A stretch of 64,000 nucleotides of DNA from the human T2T-CHM13v2.0 reference genome, Homo sapiens, in assembly GCF_009914755.1 (NCBI RefSeq), contig NC_060925.1; one strand, given 5' to 3'. Made by a program: the position numbers and the translations under genes. The notes beneath the pieces were generated by a model. It had not been told where the DNA came from. It saw nothing but the letters and a program-made list of their open reading frames with translations, and did no database searches. The first letter of the stretch is position 1. Each line of letters begins with the position of its first letter. This document shows positions 1 to 12,810 of the stretch, piece by piece.

Positions 1-1310
1 GCTGTTTGATTCTCTATCATTTCTATCTCTCTAAGATTTCCTTTACTTTTTCACTTTTTCATTGTCCATTTTTCTGCTGATCTTTAACATATATACATAT
101 GTATGTGTGTGTGTCTGTGTGTGTGTAATCTGTCCAATAATTCCATCTGGTCCATTCCTTGGTCTGCTTCTGTTGACTATTTTCTCTCTTGACTTTATGT
201 TTCTTCACATAATTCATCAATTTTTATTGTGGTTCAGATATTATAGGTAAAGTATTATTACAGACTAAAGTAAATAATAATGAACCCCCCCCCCAAAGGA
301 TACACTCCTTCTTCTCTCAAGGCTGAGTTAGCTAATCTGCAGCTGAGATGTGTCTGAACTTAGTCTAGCTTTAGTTAGATTCAGTTGACCACTAACTATA
401 AGTTTGAAGACATGATAGGACTTTCTCTTTAGCAAGATTGGGTATCTGCACATTGTCAAGACTCTGAAAATATTGTTCTCCTTAACAGCCCAGCCACCAA
501 ACTTCTAAGCTCTGGAAATCTCTATCTACTTGTCAGTCCATCTGTTAGCTTTTTTTTTTGAGGGAGATTTAGTTCTCAGGGAATTGTTTTTTGTTCATTT
601 GTTTGTTTTGTTTGTTTGCTTGGTTTTGGTCTAGTACCACTTCTAGCTTTGTGTGCCTCCAAGTAGTGCTCTCTCTTAGCATTACTGTCTGACTGCCAGC
701 CTTTAGGGTCTCTATGGTGTGTTCTGTGAAGACCAATATTACTTTGGTGGAATTATTCTCAGCTTTCCTGCCCAACTCTAGCCCTCATAGGACTTCTGCA
801 GTGTACTTGGTGAGGCCTAAAGTGCCTCAAAGGGATTTCTTTCCTCTCTCCTGCTCTACCCCTAGACTTCAGCAGCCCTCTGCCTTGTCCTTAAAAAAAG
901 TCCCTCATATCTCAGGGTAAATTAGTTCAGCAAAGCTGCTCTGATTCCATCATTTGGCACTGTACCCTGTGCATTTAGTGAAGGTCCCTGGAAAAGAGTG
1001 GGCAGACAGATGCAGACTTTTGTGTCTGGAGCTCCTTGAGATTCTAATCCTTCCTGCCAGCTCATATGCAGCCACCAAAAGTTGGGCTGGTTTCTCTTCT
1101 CCTATTAGTCCACCAAGAATAAAAGCAACTGTGGATCTCTTCTCTCATGGAAATGTCTTGCCACTTTCTGGAAATTAGTTAATTGTCTCTTTTTGCATAC
1201 TCAGCTCTGATGGGTTTGAGATGTTACAATGCTGTAGAGTGTCTGGCTTGATATTAAGGTTAGAGTGGAAGTGATAGTCTCTTGTACTTCCTACATCTAT
1301 CCAGATAGAA
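1..1310 (-). mobile_element. Very old, degraded L1M-type LINE remnant
   Basis: T-rich antisense texture resembling an ancient L1 ORF1/5' region; includes a (TG)n run at about 100-126; boundaries uncertain. Confidence 0.4.
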
Positions 1311-1421
1311 AAGTTCCCACCACATCTTTGTCATCTTTATATTTTCAGCATTTGTACTGGTACTAGTACTTGGTAGTCACTCAATAAATTTTTTGTTGGA
1401 TATGTAAAAAGAGAACAGTGA

Positions 1422-1471
1422 TATTAACTAGACACCTAATTGGTAGTATTAACCAGACACCTAACTGGTAA
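1422..1471 (+). repeat. 25-bp tandem duplication (2 copies)
   Basis: tattaactagacacctaattggtag followed directly by tattaaccagacacctaactggtaa (22/25 identical). Confidence 0.9.
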
Positions 1472-2825
1472 AAGATTAGTTAAACCTAAATATGCCCAGA
1501 ATTTTTTGAAGAGGCAAAGATTATACAAATAAAAGAATTTTTAAAGTAATTTATAGTAATGCTGCCACTCTAACACAACTATGTACATGGAACTAATATT
1601 ATTTATTACGATCTTATAACACTGATGCCTATCTGAATTGTGCAGATGAAGAAAAATAATATAATCTATGCAGATATAATTATGACATTAGCTGAGGCAG
1701 GAAAAGTAAACTCTAATGTATTTAAGTGGAAAACACACAAATTAAGTTAAAACAAATTTTTAATGGAAGAGTAGAACTGGTTCACTATTCACGACTTTTC
1801 CAGGTTTAAAATGAATACAATTATATTACTAGTAAAACCTCATTACGGCCCATGGAAATGCCCTGTGGTTACACTCAGTGTTTCCTCCCAATCTCATGAT
1901 TGACTATGGAAAACTGCAAATCTAGGTTTTCCCTGGTTCATATCAGCCTGAGAAATTAGACTGAATTATCTGTAACATCTCCCTTTTAAACATGTGCTTT
2001 CAGATAACATCACGACCAGAGTACTGACGAGATATTTCCTTATCCAGGACGGACTGATTATTCAAATTAACTTTGGTAGAGTAAACATGATTCTATATTA
2101 TCTGAATAGCTACTTGGTTTAACTGACAGAAATGAGGAACAGGGTCAGAACAGTCAGTGTACTATAAGTGCACTTATGGCATCAAATACCACAAGCAAGC
2201 CAAGGCTGGTTCAGCAAAGCAATTTTGGAGACATCCCTCCCCATAAAGCCTGAATATAGCTGGCCCCTGTTCAGCTCTGGTTGGGGGAAAAGTGGATTAT
2301 TAAGAAAACACTTCAGATGTGGCCACAGCCACATATTAATAGCCACAGTCCAGCAATAATGCTTTGACCTGAGGCTGATAAAACATGGTGGAGTACCTAC
2401 TAATTTAGATTATGAGCTAAGAAAGTTGTCTATTTTTTCACTCCGAGGAAAGGTAATATTTAGTAGGAACAGTTTGTGCAATGAGTCATTTTCATCCATA
2501 AAAATATACACTATAGCACACCCCTAACAGGATACTTGTTTAGACGTTCTTAGACTTGGTCGCCTTGGCTTCCTTTTGGCATCCTATGGTAGGATCCTAT
2601 GACTTGATTCTTTAGAATCCTCTATGGTAGGAAACGTTGGTGACCCTTGAGGCCGTCCTTCTCTCTCTCATAGCAATTAAGATCAACTGGTAGATCTTTA
2701 CTAGTGGACTCAGATGGGAAAACAGGAGTTAAGGGCAGGCAGGATATTTATTCATATAAGCATGTCAAGGAACTTCTTTTTCTAATGATTCCACAGAGCC
2801 CTATTTTGAACAACAGCTGGGAGAG

Positions 2826-3073
2826 AATCAAGCAAGCTCTTTTAACAAGGCAGGCTGCAAGCATTGCCATTCCAGGAGACAGTTTAGATGCAACTATTCA
2901 CTCATCTCTAACCATCACTTGCGTGAACATTACTCAAAGAGATACAGCAACCAAAGAAATCAAACCAGTAAAAGAAAGGTTTATTTGTTTAATAGAGGTC
3001 TGGCAGCTGAGGCAAAACCTAACAATAATTCTGATGAAGACTCAGTCATTTATTTGGAGCTTCTAATGAATCT
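2826..3073 (+). repeat. 248-bp local duplication, copy 1 (probable donor)
   Basis: Aligns without gaps to 4740-4987; I count 37 mismatches in 248 bp (about 85% identity). Confidence 0.92.
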
Positions 3074-4445
3074 AACTAGGTACCTTATACAGGCTTGCGT
3101 GGGTTAAATCACAGCTGTAAAGTGCCATGCTAACAGATGAGAGAGTATGTGATTGTATCAGAGATACTAGGGCATCCAATTATATTTATCACCTGCCTCC
3201 TATTAAAGCTTTTTTCTGTTCTTAACGTTTGTGTTGGTAGTGGCAACATAGAGGTTACAGTGAGCTTTGTCCTAAAGAACCTGGAAATAACTGAAGTATG
3301 AGTCAGACTTTAGGAGATCAGCTCAGAATGGATCAGAGCTCAGAGGAACCTTGGGACCTCATTCGTCCAATGTCCTAATACAGATCAACGATCAAAACAG
3401 TCTATCAAGGGTTCAGCCTAAACACAATTAACATGGAGCAACTCTTGCCATTAGTATATTTAGCTCTCGATAAAGCCTGAGAGGTTAATATGATTCTAGA
3501 CAACCATTCATAGGCAGAGATATATCTTCCTAGCCAAAAAGAAAAAATATAGTTCTTAAAGAAGAGTAGGAAATGGCTTAGAAGTGATAGTTTTATTTCC
3601 AATTCTCAATTCCCTGTCTCATTTTGCTAAATGGGTTTAAGGAGCAACGATGACAATCTGCTACGATTTGCATACTCAAGCAACACTATGAATCACTGCA
3701 AGCATCCTCTTTTGTTGCTTCATTTTAGCTTAGTCAACGTCCAGACAATCAGGGTGTATTGAGCATCTTCTCTGATAAAAGTATTTTGAAGAAAAACAAA
3801 AGAATGGAATGTTCCTTCTCTCCCAAGGGACTTAAAATGTACTACCTGGCATACAAGTATTTACATCTTAAAATGAAAAGCAGTGAATAAAATCATAGAC
3901 CAAAACTAATGGTGAATTTCCAGCCTCCAGTAAAGAATTTTTCTTGAATAAACAAGTCTATTTTATTTCTTTTCGTTCTTTTTAATTTTAATAGTACAGG
4001 CGACAGTTAAAAATAAAAGAGAGAGAGAAAGGAAGAGAGAAAAAAATGGATTGATTGATTCAGGTATCCTTCGTACCTCTGCCCAGAGACAATGTCCATC
4101 GTCAGCTTTTAAAATGCATCCTAAGATGTGCATACAAAATAGCATCCTACTGTTTTTTACTTAAAATATATCTTTACTTAAAATACATTCCAGATCACTC
4201 CTGTTAGCGTTGCTACATTTTTAAAATAGCTATGTACTCTCCTATTGTATGCATTGCTCCAATTTCTTCTATTTCTGCTCTACATAATTCTCTTGAAAGA
4301 CCAAAGGCTGGGCTCATCTTTTTCGTCTTGTTATGCCCAATGAATTATTTTTTCAATTTTTGAAGTCAAATAAGTTTACCGCAATATATATCTGTATTTT
4401 GATCTTTATGTAAACATTAGTTTGGCACTCACAATCAAGCATGCA

Positions 4446-4739
4446 GGCCAGGCGTGGTGGCTCACGCCTGTAATCCCAGCACTTTGGGAGGCCGAGGCGG
4501 GCGGATCACGTGGTCAGGAGATCGAGACCATCCTGGCTAACATGGTGAAACCCTGTCTCTACTAAAAATACAAAAAATTAGCCGGGCGTAGTGATGGGCG
4601 CCTGTAGTCCCAGCTACTCAGGAGGCTGTGGCAGGAGAATGGTGTGAACCCAGGAGGTGGAGCTTGCAGTCAGCCGAGATCACGCCACTGCACTCCAGCC
4701 TGGGCGATAAAACGAGACTCCATCTCAAAAAAAAAAAAA
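4446..4739 (+). mobile_element. AluY
   Basis: Full dimer with AluY motifs (gagatcgagaccatcctggctaac, ggagcttgcag), A-tail and TSD aatcaagcatgca at 4433-4445 and 4740-4752. Confidence 0.95.
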
Positions 4740-4987
4740 AATCAAGCATGCACTTTGAACAAGCCAGGGTGTAAGCATTGCCATCCCAGGGGATATTTTA
4801 GCTGTGACTTTTCACTCGTCTCTAACCATCACTTGTGCGTACATTACTCAAAGAGATACAGCAACAGAAGAAATCAAACCAGTAGAAGAAAGATGCATTT
4901 GTTTAGTAGAGGTCTAGTAGCTGAGGCAAAACCTACCAATAATTCTGAAAGAGACTTAGTCATTTATTTGAAACCTTTTATGAATCT
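4740..4987 (+). repeat. 248-bp local duplication, copy 2 (probable derived copy)
   Basis: Ungapped match to 2826-3073; no poly-A or TSD of its own. Confidence 0.92.
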
Positions 4988-7103
4988 TCTGGTTCTGTAA
5001 AGTTTTACTGAGTTGCATCTTTAGTTTTTCTCCATTTTGTTATTTGATTCTCTTCTTCAGGAATAGCAAATATCTGTTTGTCGATTCACTTTGTCTTCCA
5101 TATTTACCATTGAAAAACTCATTTTAACTCTTTGCTCATGTTGTCTTTGTTTTGCCCGCTGTTCTCAGTGCCGTCACAGCGATGCTTCCTGCCATATTTT
5201 CAATAATCTTTAATTTCCCTTGGGTTATTTCCAAACAGGACTTTATATTTGATGTTCGTATTTTTTTCTTCTACTTATTGCCTGAGCTTGATCAGCTCAT
5301 GTTTAATCTTCTTCCATTGCTTCACCACATTTTTCATGACCTCTTATATTCATGGCTTAAGTTTTTGTTTTCTGGAAATTATTGCTTTCTTTAAAAAATG
5401 AACATAAGCCAGTATTTTAAACACAGATATTTTGCATTGGGAAGATTTTTTAGATGCACGTTTTCTATCTGCCATTTATTTTTGTTTTTTCTAATCTATT
5501 CTACATTACTTCCCTGCAGGACCTGTTCTTTGTTCTCCTCACCCTACCCCACCACTCAATTTATCACTTGTCTTTGCACGAAGTGAGTTGTTTCAGGCGC
5601 AGCCATTGTTGTTGTTAGTGAGGTTCTTTGCGGTGCAGAGTTGGGTGAAGGCAGCTACAGGAGGCTCAAGGGCAGATCCTCCTTCACCACAGAGCTCACA
5701 ACTATGGCAATGGCTGTGTCCTTTCTCATTCACCCAAACCCACTGAGTATCCCTTTTCCACCAGCCCACACACCTCACCACTGCTCCCAACAATGGGTGG
5801 TTGTTTTGCCCCTCCTGTTGCGCCGCTAGCATTGAAGATCTACGTTCTGTTGGCTTTGTCTACGAACTGCCACGTGGCGCATCCTGACTCGGCATCTCTG
5901 CACACCTCCTTTTGACTTCTTTCACTGCACTTGTCCACTCCTGTTCAGACACTGACATTTAGGATGGCACACACCTTCTAGTTCCACTGAAAATAAATCT
6001 TATGTTTCCTGTTTCTAATCTCCTTATTTTCTGGAGAAAAGAATGGAAGCAGGATCCCTTTACTCCACCATAAAAGGAACACATACCCACAACTATTCAT
6101 TTGGGGACTTCCAACCATATACACACCTTCCCCATAGTTAAGTGCCACTTTAAGTGGTTCCTTCGCCATTGAAGACAATGTGAAAGGCAGTGTGAAAGGC
6201 AGCAAGATCTCATAAATTCTTCATAACATATATAATATATATAATATAACATATAACTTTATAATGTAACATAATATAATTACATAGTAATACACTGGAG
6301 AACACGGAAAAGAATTAGGAAAAAAGATTTTACTCCTTTCAGTATCCAAGAGAGCTCACAGAGCATCATTCAGGACTCAGAAAGAGGGGCAGAGCTCAGT
6401 TACAGTGAAGAATGGGTTCCCCTTGATTTTCCTACTGTTTCTATGTTCTTTGAGGGAAAGTAAAGAACAAACGTATTTTGTGTAAACATGCTCAGTGTTG
6501 AAATTGTATGACAAAAATAGTCTTCTAACAAAGATAATAATAACATCTGCTGAGCACTTAGCTATGTATCATGTACCTATGTCCTATATATTTTTTGTAT
6601 TAAAACTTTATTGTGACATAACCATAGATTGGCATGCAGCTATAAGATATGATACAGAGGGAGCATTTGTACTCTAGCCAACCTCTTCCAATGCTAACAT
6701 CTTGCAAAAGTATAGTAAAATATCACAACCAGGATGCTGAAATTGGCATAGTGAAGAGAATTTTTCCATTACTACAAAGATCCCATTTATTGCCTTTTTT
6801 ATCACCTTACTCACCTTCCTCTACTTCATCCCCTACATCAGTCCTAAAAACCACTAATCTGCTTTCTGTTTCTATAATTTTGAAATTTCAGGAATTTTAC
6901 ACAAATATAGAATTATATGATATGTAAACTTCTGAGATTAGTTTTTTCACTCAGCCCAACTTTCTAGAGATTCACCCAGGCTGCTGTGTGTATCAACAGT
7001 TTATCCCTTTTTATAGCTAGTGGTATTCTATGGGAAGGAGGTACCACAGTGTATTTAACCAATCCCCTGTGGAAGAACATCTTAATTCTTTCCAGTTTGG
7101 GGT

Positions 7104-7564
7104 TTTTTGTGGGTTGAGTTGTGCACCAAGAATTTACACGGTGAAGTTCTGATTCCCAGTTTCTCTGAGAGATCACCTCAGAACAAGATCTTACTTGGAA
7201 ATAGAGTTGTTGCTTGTATCATTAGTTGAGATAATGTCATACTGTAGTTGGGTGGGCCTCTAATCCAATGTGACTGGTGTCCATATAAAAAGGGGAAATT
7301 TGGACACAGGTGGGCACACAGGGAAAATGTCATATGAAAATGAAGGCAGAGATCATGGTGATGCACCTACAAGCCAAGGAATGCCCGTGATTGCCGGATC
7401 CCTCCAGAGGCCAGAAGAGGGGAATGGAACACATTCTTCCTCATGGCCTGCTGATACCTCAATCTCAGGTTTCTAGTCTCCAAAACTATGAGGCAATACA
7501 TTTCTGTTAATTAAGCCACCCAGTCTGCTGTACTTTGTTTAAGTAGTTCTAGCAAATGAACACA
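7104..7564 (+). mobile_element. MLT1B-like MaLR solo LTR
   Basis: ggaaatagagttg...gactggtgtccatataaaaaggggaaatttggacacag...tacaagccaaggaatgcc...taagccacccagtctg. Confidence 0.85.
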
Positions 7565-7605
7565 GAACTACTGCCAGTAAAGCTGCCACACATTTGTGTA
7601 CAAGT

Positions 7606-7911
7606 TTTTGGTCTTTGTTTTTTGAGACAGGGTCTTGCTCTGTCACGTAGACTGCAGTGCAGTGGTGCAATCACAGCTCACTGCAGCCTGGACCTCCCAT
7701 GCTAAAGCAATCCTCCTGCCTCAGCCTCCTGAGTAGCTGGGACTACAGGTGTACATCACCATGCTCGGCTATTTTTGTTTGTTTGTTTGATAGAGACAGG
7801 ATTTCACTGTGTTGCCCAGGCTGGTCTGGAACTCCTGGGCTCAAGGAATCTTCCTGCCTCAGCTTCCCAAAGTGCTGGGAGGGATTACAAGCATAAGCCA
7901 CTGCACCTGGC
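7606..7911 (-). mobile_element. AluJ
   Basis: Antisense Alu with J motifs (gggtcttgctctgtc, cacagctcactgcagcc, ctcctgggctcaag). Confidence 0.9.
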
Positions 7912-8018
7912 ATGTGTGCAAGACTTTTTGTGGATATATGTCTTCAGTTCTCTGGGCTAAATGCCTAAAGGACAAAATGATAGTTGCAAGTTTACTTTTG
8001 TAAGAAACTGCCAAACTA

Positions 8019-9108
8019 CAGCTGACTCTTGAAACACAAGGTTTTTAACTATTCAGGTCCATTTATATGCAGATTTTTTCAATAAATATACTACAAAGTT
8101 TGTTAGAGATCTGTGACAATTTCAAAGCTCACAGATGAACCACATAGTCTAGAAATATAAAAAAAAATAAGAAAAAGTTAGGTATGCCATAAATGCATAA
8201 AATATATGTAGATACTAGTCTACTTTAACACTTACTACCATAAAATATACACAAGTCTATTAAAAAGTTGAAATTTATCAAAATTTGCCCACACAAACAC
8301 TTACAGATGGTACGTGGCACCATTTTCAGTCAAAAGAAATGTAAACAAACTTAAAGATGCAGTATTAAATTATAATTGCATAAAATCAACTGTACTCCAT
8401 ACTGTACTGCTGTGATAATTTTGTAGCCACCTTCTGTTGCTATTGTGGTGAGCTCAAGTGTTGTGAGTATCCACTTAAAACGCTCTTTGTCCCCACACAG
8501 CCAGTTCGTCTCTCCAGTAAATTGCCTATCACAGCAAAAAGTGATAGTTTCTGGTTCTTGGGTATTTTTCATCATGTTTAGTGCAAACCGTAAACGCTGA
8601 ATAACACCATGGGACCCACATGAAATATCACTAGTGATGCCAGAAGTGCTCCCAAGAAGCAGAGAAAAGTCATGTGAGTTGCTTGATATGTACCATAGAT
8701 TGAGGCCTGCAGCTGCAGTTGCCAACCATTTCAAACAGACAATTCATCTTGTAAACAGACAACATAAACTTAAGGCATTGATATATACAGCATGGCACTG
8801 TAAATGTACTTTTTCTTAAGATTTTCTTAGTAACATTTCCTTTTCTCTAGCTTACTTTATCATAAGAATATAATATGTATTATATATACAAAATATGCTT
8901 TAATCAACTATTTATGTTATGAATTGCATTCAACTTACATGTCAGCTTGGCAAGAATTGACATCGTTACTATGTTCTCAACCAATCCACGAACATGGCAT
9001 GTCTCTCCATATATTTAGTTAAACGTTCAACTACTTATGTTATCAGTAAAACTTCTGGTCTATTAGTAGTTAAGTTTTGTGAGAGTCAATAGCTGTACTC
9101 ATATTTTC
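8019..9108 (+). mobile_element. Tigger2-family DNA transposon (non-autonomous; right end truncated)
   Basis: TA then cagctgactcttgaaacac (Tigger2 TIR cagttgacccttgaacaac); internal gatactagtctactttaacacttactacc; ends ctattagtagttaagttttgtgagagtcaa. Confidence 0.85.
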
Positions 9109-9109
9109 T

Positions 9110-9432
9110 TTTGTTTTCCCTCAAGGAGTACATGTGCAAGTCTGTTACATCGATAAATTATGTGTGCTGAGGTTTGGTGTACAAATGATCCTGTCACCCG
9201 AGTAGTGAGCACAGTACCCTGTAAGTAGGTTTTCAGTCCTTGTCTCTCTCCCATCCTCCTCCCCTAGGAGTCCCCAGTGCCCAGTGTCTATCATTCCCAT
9301 CTTTATGCCCATGCATACACCATGTTTAGCTCCCACTTATAAAGGAGAATATGCAGTATTTTCTTTTCTGTTCCTGTATTAATTTGCTTAGGATAATGGC
9401 CTCCAGCTGCATCCATGTTGCTAAAAAAGACA
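9110..9432 (-). mobile_element. L1PA13-16-like 3' end
   Basis: catgtgcaagtctgttacat...tttagctcccacttataaaggagaatatgcagtatt...ggataatggcctccagctgcatccatgttg. Confidence 0.85.
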
Positions 9433-11964
9433 ATTGTAAGTGGTATGTATCTTTAATTTTGGTGTCCTCACATTCATTACTATAATATAGAAATAAAATT
9501 GATTTTTGGATGTGTATCTTGGGTTTCTTCTTTGGGTTCCGTGACCTTGCTGGACTCATTCGTTAGTTCTAAGAGTTTTTATGTATATTTCTTGGAATTT
9601 TCTACATAGACAATCACGTCATCTGCAAATAAGGATCTCTTCCTTTCTGATCGAAATGTCCTTTCTTTTTCTTATCTTATTGCACTGGCTAAAACCTCAA
9701 GCACTCTGTTGAATAAAAGTGGTAAGGATAGACATAGTTGCCTTGTTCCCAACATTAGGGGAAAAGCATTCAGTCTTTCACCATTAATAATAATGCTAGC
9801 TGTAGGGTTTCTGTAAATGTCCTTTATTAAGTTGAAGAAGTTCACTTCTATTCCTAGTTTCTTGAGAGTTTTTTATCATAAATGGGTGTTAAATTTTGTC
9901 ACATGCTTCTTTTGTATAGATTGATAGAATCACGAGCTTTTTCCTCTTTAGCTTTCTAAACAACTCCTTTGTTTCCTTTAACTAATATGTGTATAAAATT
10001 TCATTTTCCATCCTTCACCTCCTATCTGCTTATCATTATATTTGAAGTCGGTTCTTTATAGAAGTAATACTGTTGCTTTAGTTTTTACATTATATGTACA
10101 TAATTTATGACAATCTACTAGTGTCATCATTTTACCAGTTTGAGTGAAGTACAGAAATCTTACCTCCCTTCATGTCCTTTTATCCTGTCCTTTTTATAAA
10201 AAGCTGTCTTAAATATGTCCTTTATATATATTTAGAGCCACATCAGACAGTGCTGTAGTTTTTGCTTCAACTGTCAAACATATGTAGAAAACTCAAGAGG
10301 AGAAGGAAAGGTTATTGTATTTAACAATACTTTCACTTACTATAGTCTTTGCTCCTTTTTCATGTTCCAAGGTTCTGTCTTCTATCACTTCCTTTCTGTT
10401 TAGAGAATTTCATTCAGCCATTCTCTTACAGCAGGTCTGCTGGCAGTATATTCTATTAGTTTTCCTCCATTTGAGAATGTCTTGATTCCTCCTTCATTCC
10501 TGAATAATATTTTTGCTGGATATAGTGTTCTGAGTTGTCAATTCTTTTCTTTTAGCACTTAAAAAATGTGTCATTTCCTTCTGGCTTCCAATGTTTCTGA
10601 TGAAAAATCTAATTTTTCCCCCAGTAGGTAAGATGTCACTTTTTAATGAAAATTTTTAAGATTTTTTCTTTAATATTCATAAGTTTAATTATGGTTTGTT
10701 TGACATCAATTTCTTTGGGTTTCTTCTGTGTGAAGTTCACTCAGCTTCTTGAATCTGTAGGTTTAAGTCTTTTGCCAAATTCGTGAATTTTTCAGTCATT
10801 ATTTCTTTGAGTGTTTTTCTATCCAACCTCTTTATTTTCCTCCTTACAGGACTCTAATGACATAAATGTTAGATCTTTAATTGTAGTCCCACAGATCTCT
10901 AAGTCTTCCTATTTAATTTCAGTCTATTTCCTATTTTTCAGATTGGGTAACTTCTATTGTTCTATCTTCCAGTTCACCAATTCTTTCCTGTGCCTTCTTC
11001 ATTCCACTGATGAGCCAATCCACTGAGCTTTTCTTTGGTTATTGTATTTTTTAGTCCTTAGACTTACATTTGGTTCTTTTTTGTACCTTATATTTCTTTG
11101 ATAAGACTTTGTATTTATTTACTGAGGCTTTCTATTTTCTCATTTGTTTCAAGTGTGTTTGCATTGCTTATTGAATCATTTTTTTCATGGCTCCTTTAAA
11201 ATCTTTGTCAGATAATTTTAGCATCTTTGTTACCTTGGTGTTGGCATCTATTGATGGTCTTTTCTCATTCTTTTTGAGATCTTTCTTGTCCTCCATATAA
11301 GTGATTTTCAGTTGAAACCCAGAATTTTTCTGGTCATATGTTATGAAACTTTGAAACTTATTTGAACCTTATGTATTAGTTGGCTTTTCTAATACTTCTT
11401 TGGCAGGGAAGAGAAGAGGAACCACCCCATGACTACCAGTTGGAGGTAGAAGTCTAGTTTTGCAACATGGCCTCCAATGCCACCTAGGGGTGGGGGGAGT
11501 GTTTGGCAGGGGGGGTTGTTCTGGTTCCCTACCTGGTGTTCAATGATACCAGAGTGGTGATGTCCTCCTTAACCTGGCAATAAAGTCCTGACTCTCCACT
11601 AAGTAACACCCCAGGAACAATGGTGAAAGTCCTGACTTTTCTCTGACAAGGAGAGAGAATGGGGCACCTTGCTACTGTCAGGTGGAGATTCAAGTCCAGC
11701 TATCCACATGGTCTCTACTGACATTGTGGTGGAAAGTGAAGGAAGTCTCAATGCCAGTGACAGGAACAAAAGTCCCAGCTCCCTACTTGGCCTCTCTGAC
11801 ATCACCCTAGTGAGAGTGCTGGGGAACCCCATTATAGCTTGTGAAGGTAGAAGTCTAGCCTCCCCACTCAGCCTTTGCTGATATGGGTGGGAGTGATGCT
11901 ACAGTTTTTTCTGTAGTGTTTGGCTGGAGTAAAGTGGTTATTATCCAAAAGTTTCTGTCTTTCT

Positions 11965-12277
<313 letters not shown>

Positions 12278-12624
12278 AAGTATCTGTCTTTCTATGCTGC
12301 CCTTTTTCCAGGGCTTTGACTAGAGAGACCAGGCTTTTGTTGGGGACTTGTCTTGTCTGTGCCCATTGGCATTGCTGGGTTGTGGGTTTCTTCTACTCCA
12401 AATATGGGATATGAGTGGAAAAAAACACAGGGAACTCATTAGCATGTTATTCCTCATGTCCTGAGTCCCCAGCTAATCTGCCTTGTTCTCTTCTTCTTTC
12501 ATGGCCTCCCTACATTTGTTTTATGCAATATATACAGTTTTTTATTGTAATTAGAGGATCTAATAGAGGACGCTATTCCTACTCCATCTTCTTGGAAACA
12601 AGAGTCTGTCTTAGATATTTTACA

Positions 12625-12810
12625 CTTACTCATTTAATTCTCACAATAACCTTTTAAAGTAGTATTATTAAGGTCTCAATTTTACATTTGAGGAAACTGA
12701 GTTACAGAGAAGTTAAGTAGCTTGTCTATGGTGACATGCTAACAGCAGCAAAGCCAGGTTTCAAACCCAAGAAGTCAGCCTCCAGAGTCAGTGCTTTCAA
12801 ACAGTATACT
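12625..12810 (-). mobile_element. MIR
   Basis: catttaattctcacaataacc...tttacatttgaggaaactgagttacagagaagttaagtagcttg. Confidence 0.8.

Larger units (their letters stand above)
4360..5500 (-). mobile_element. Ancient L1ME/HAL1-like fragment interrupted by an AluY and the 248-bp duplicate
   Basis: ttttgaagtcaaataagtttacc... resumes after the inserts as ...aaagttttactgagttgcatctttag...ttctcttcttcagg, resembling antisense old L1 ORF1. Confidence 0.5.

Noticed and set aside
2704-3107. Duplicated coding exon in the 248-bp repeat
   Set aside because: Differences in the shared open frame are mostly nonsynonymous, and the 120-aa frame has a stop in copy 2.
11450-11940. Spaced aagtcc... units resembling a repeat-spacer (CRISPR-like) array
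   Set aside because: The units are degenerate and irregular and fit an old L1 5' UTR; the context is eukaryotic with no cas genes.
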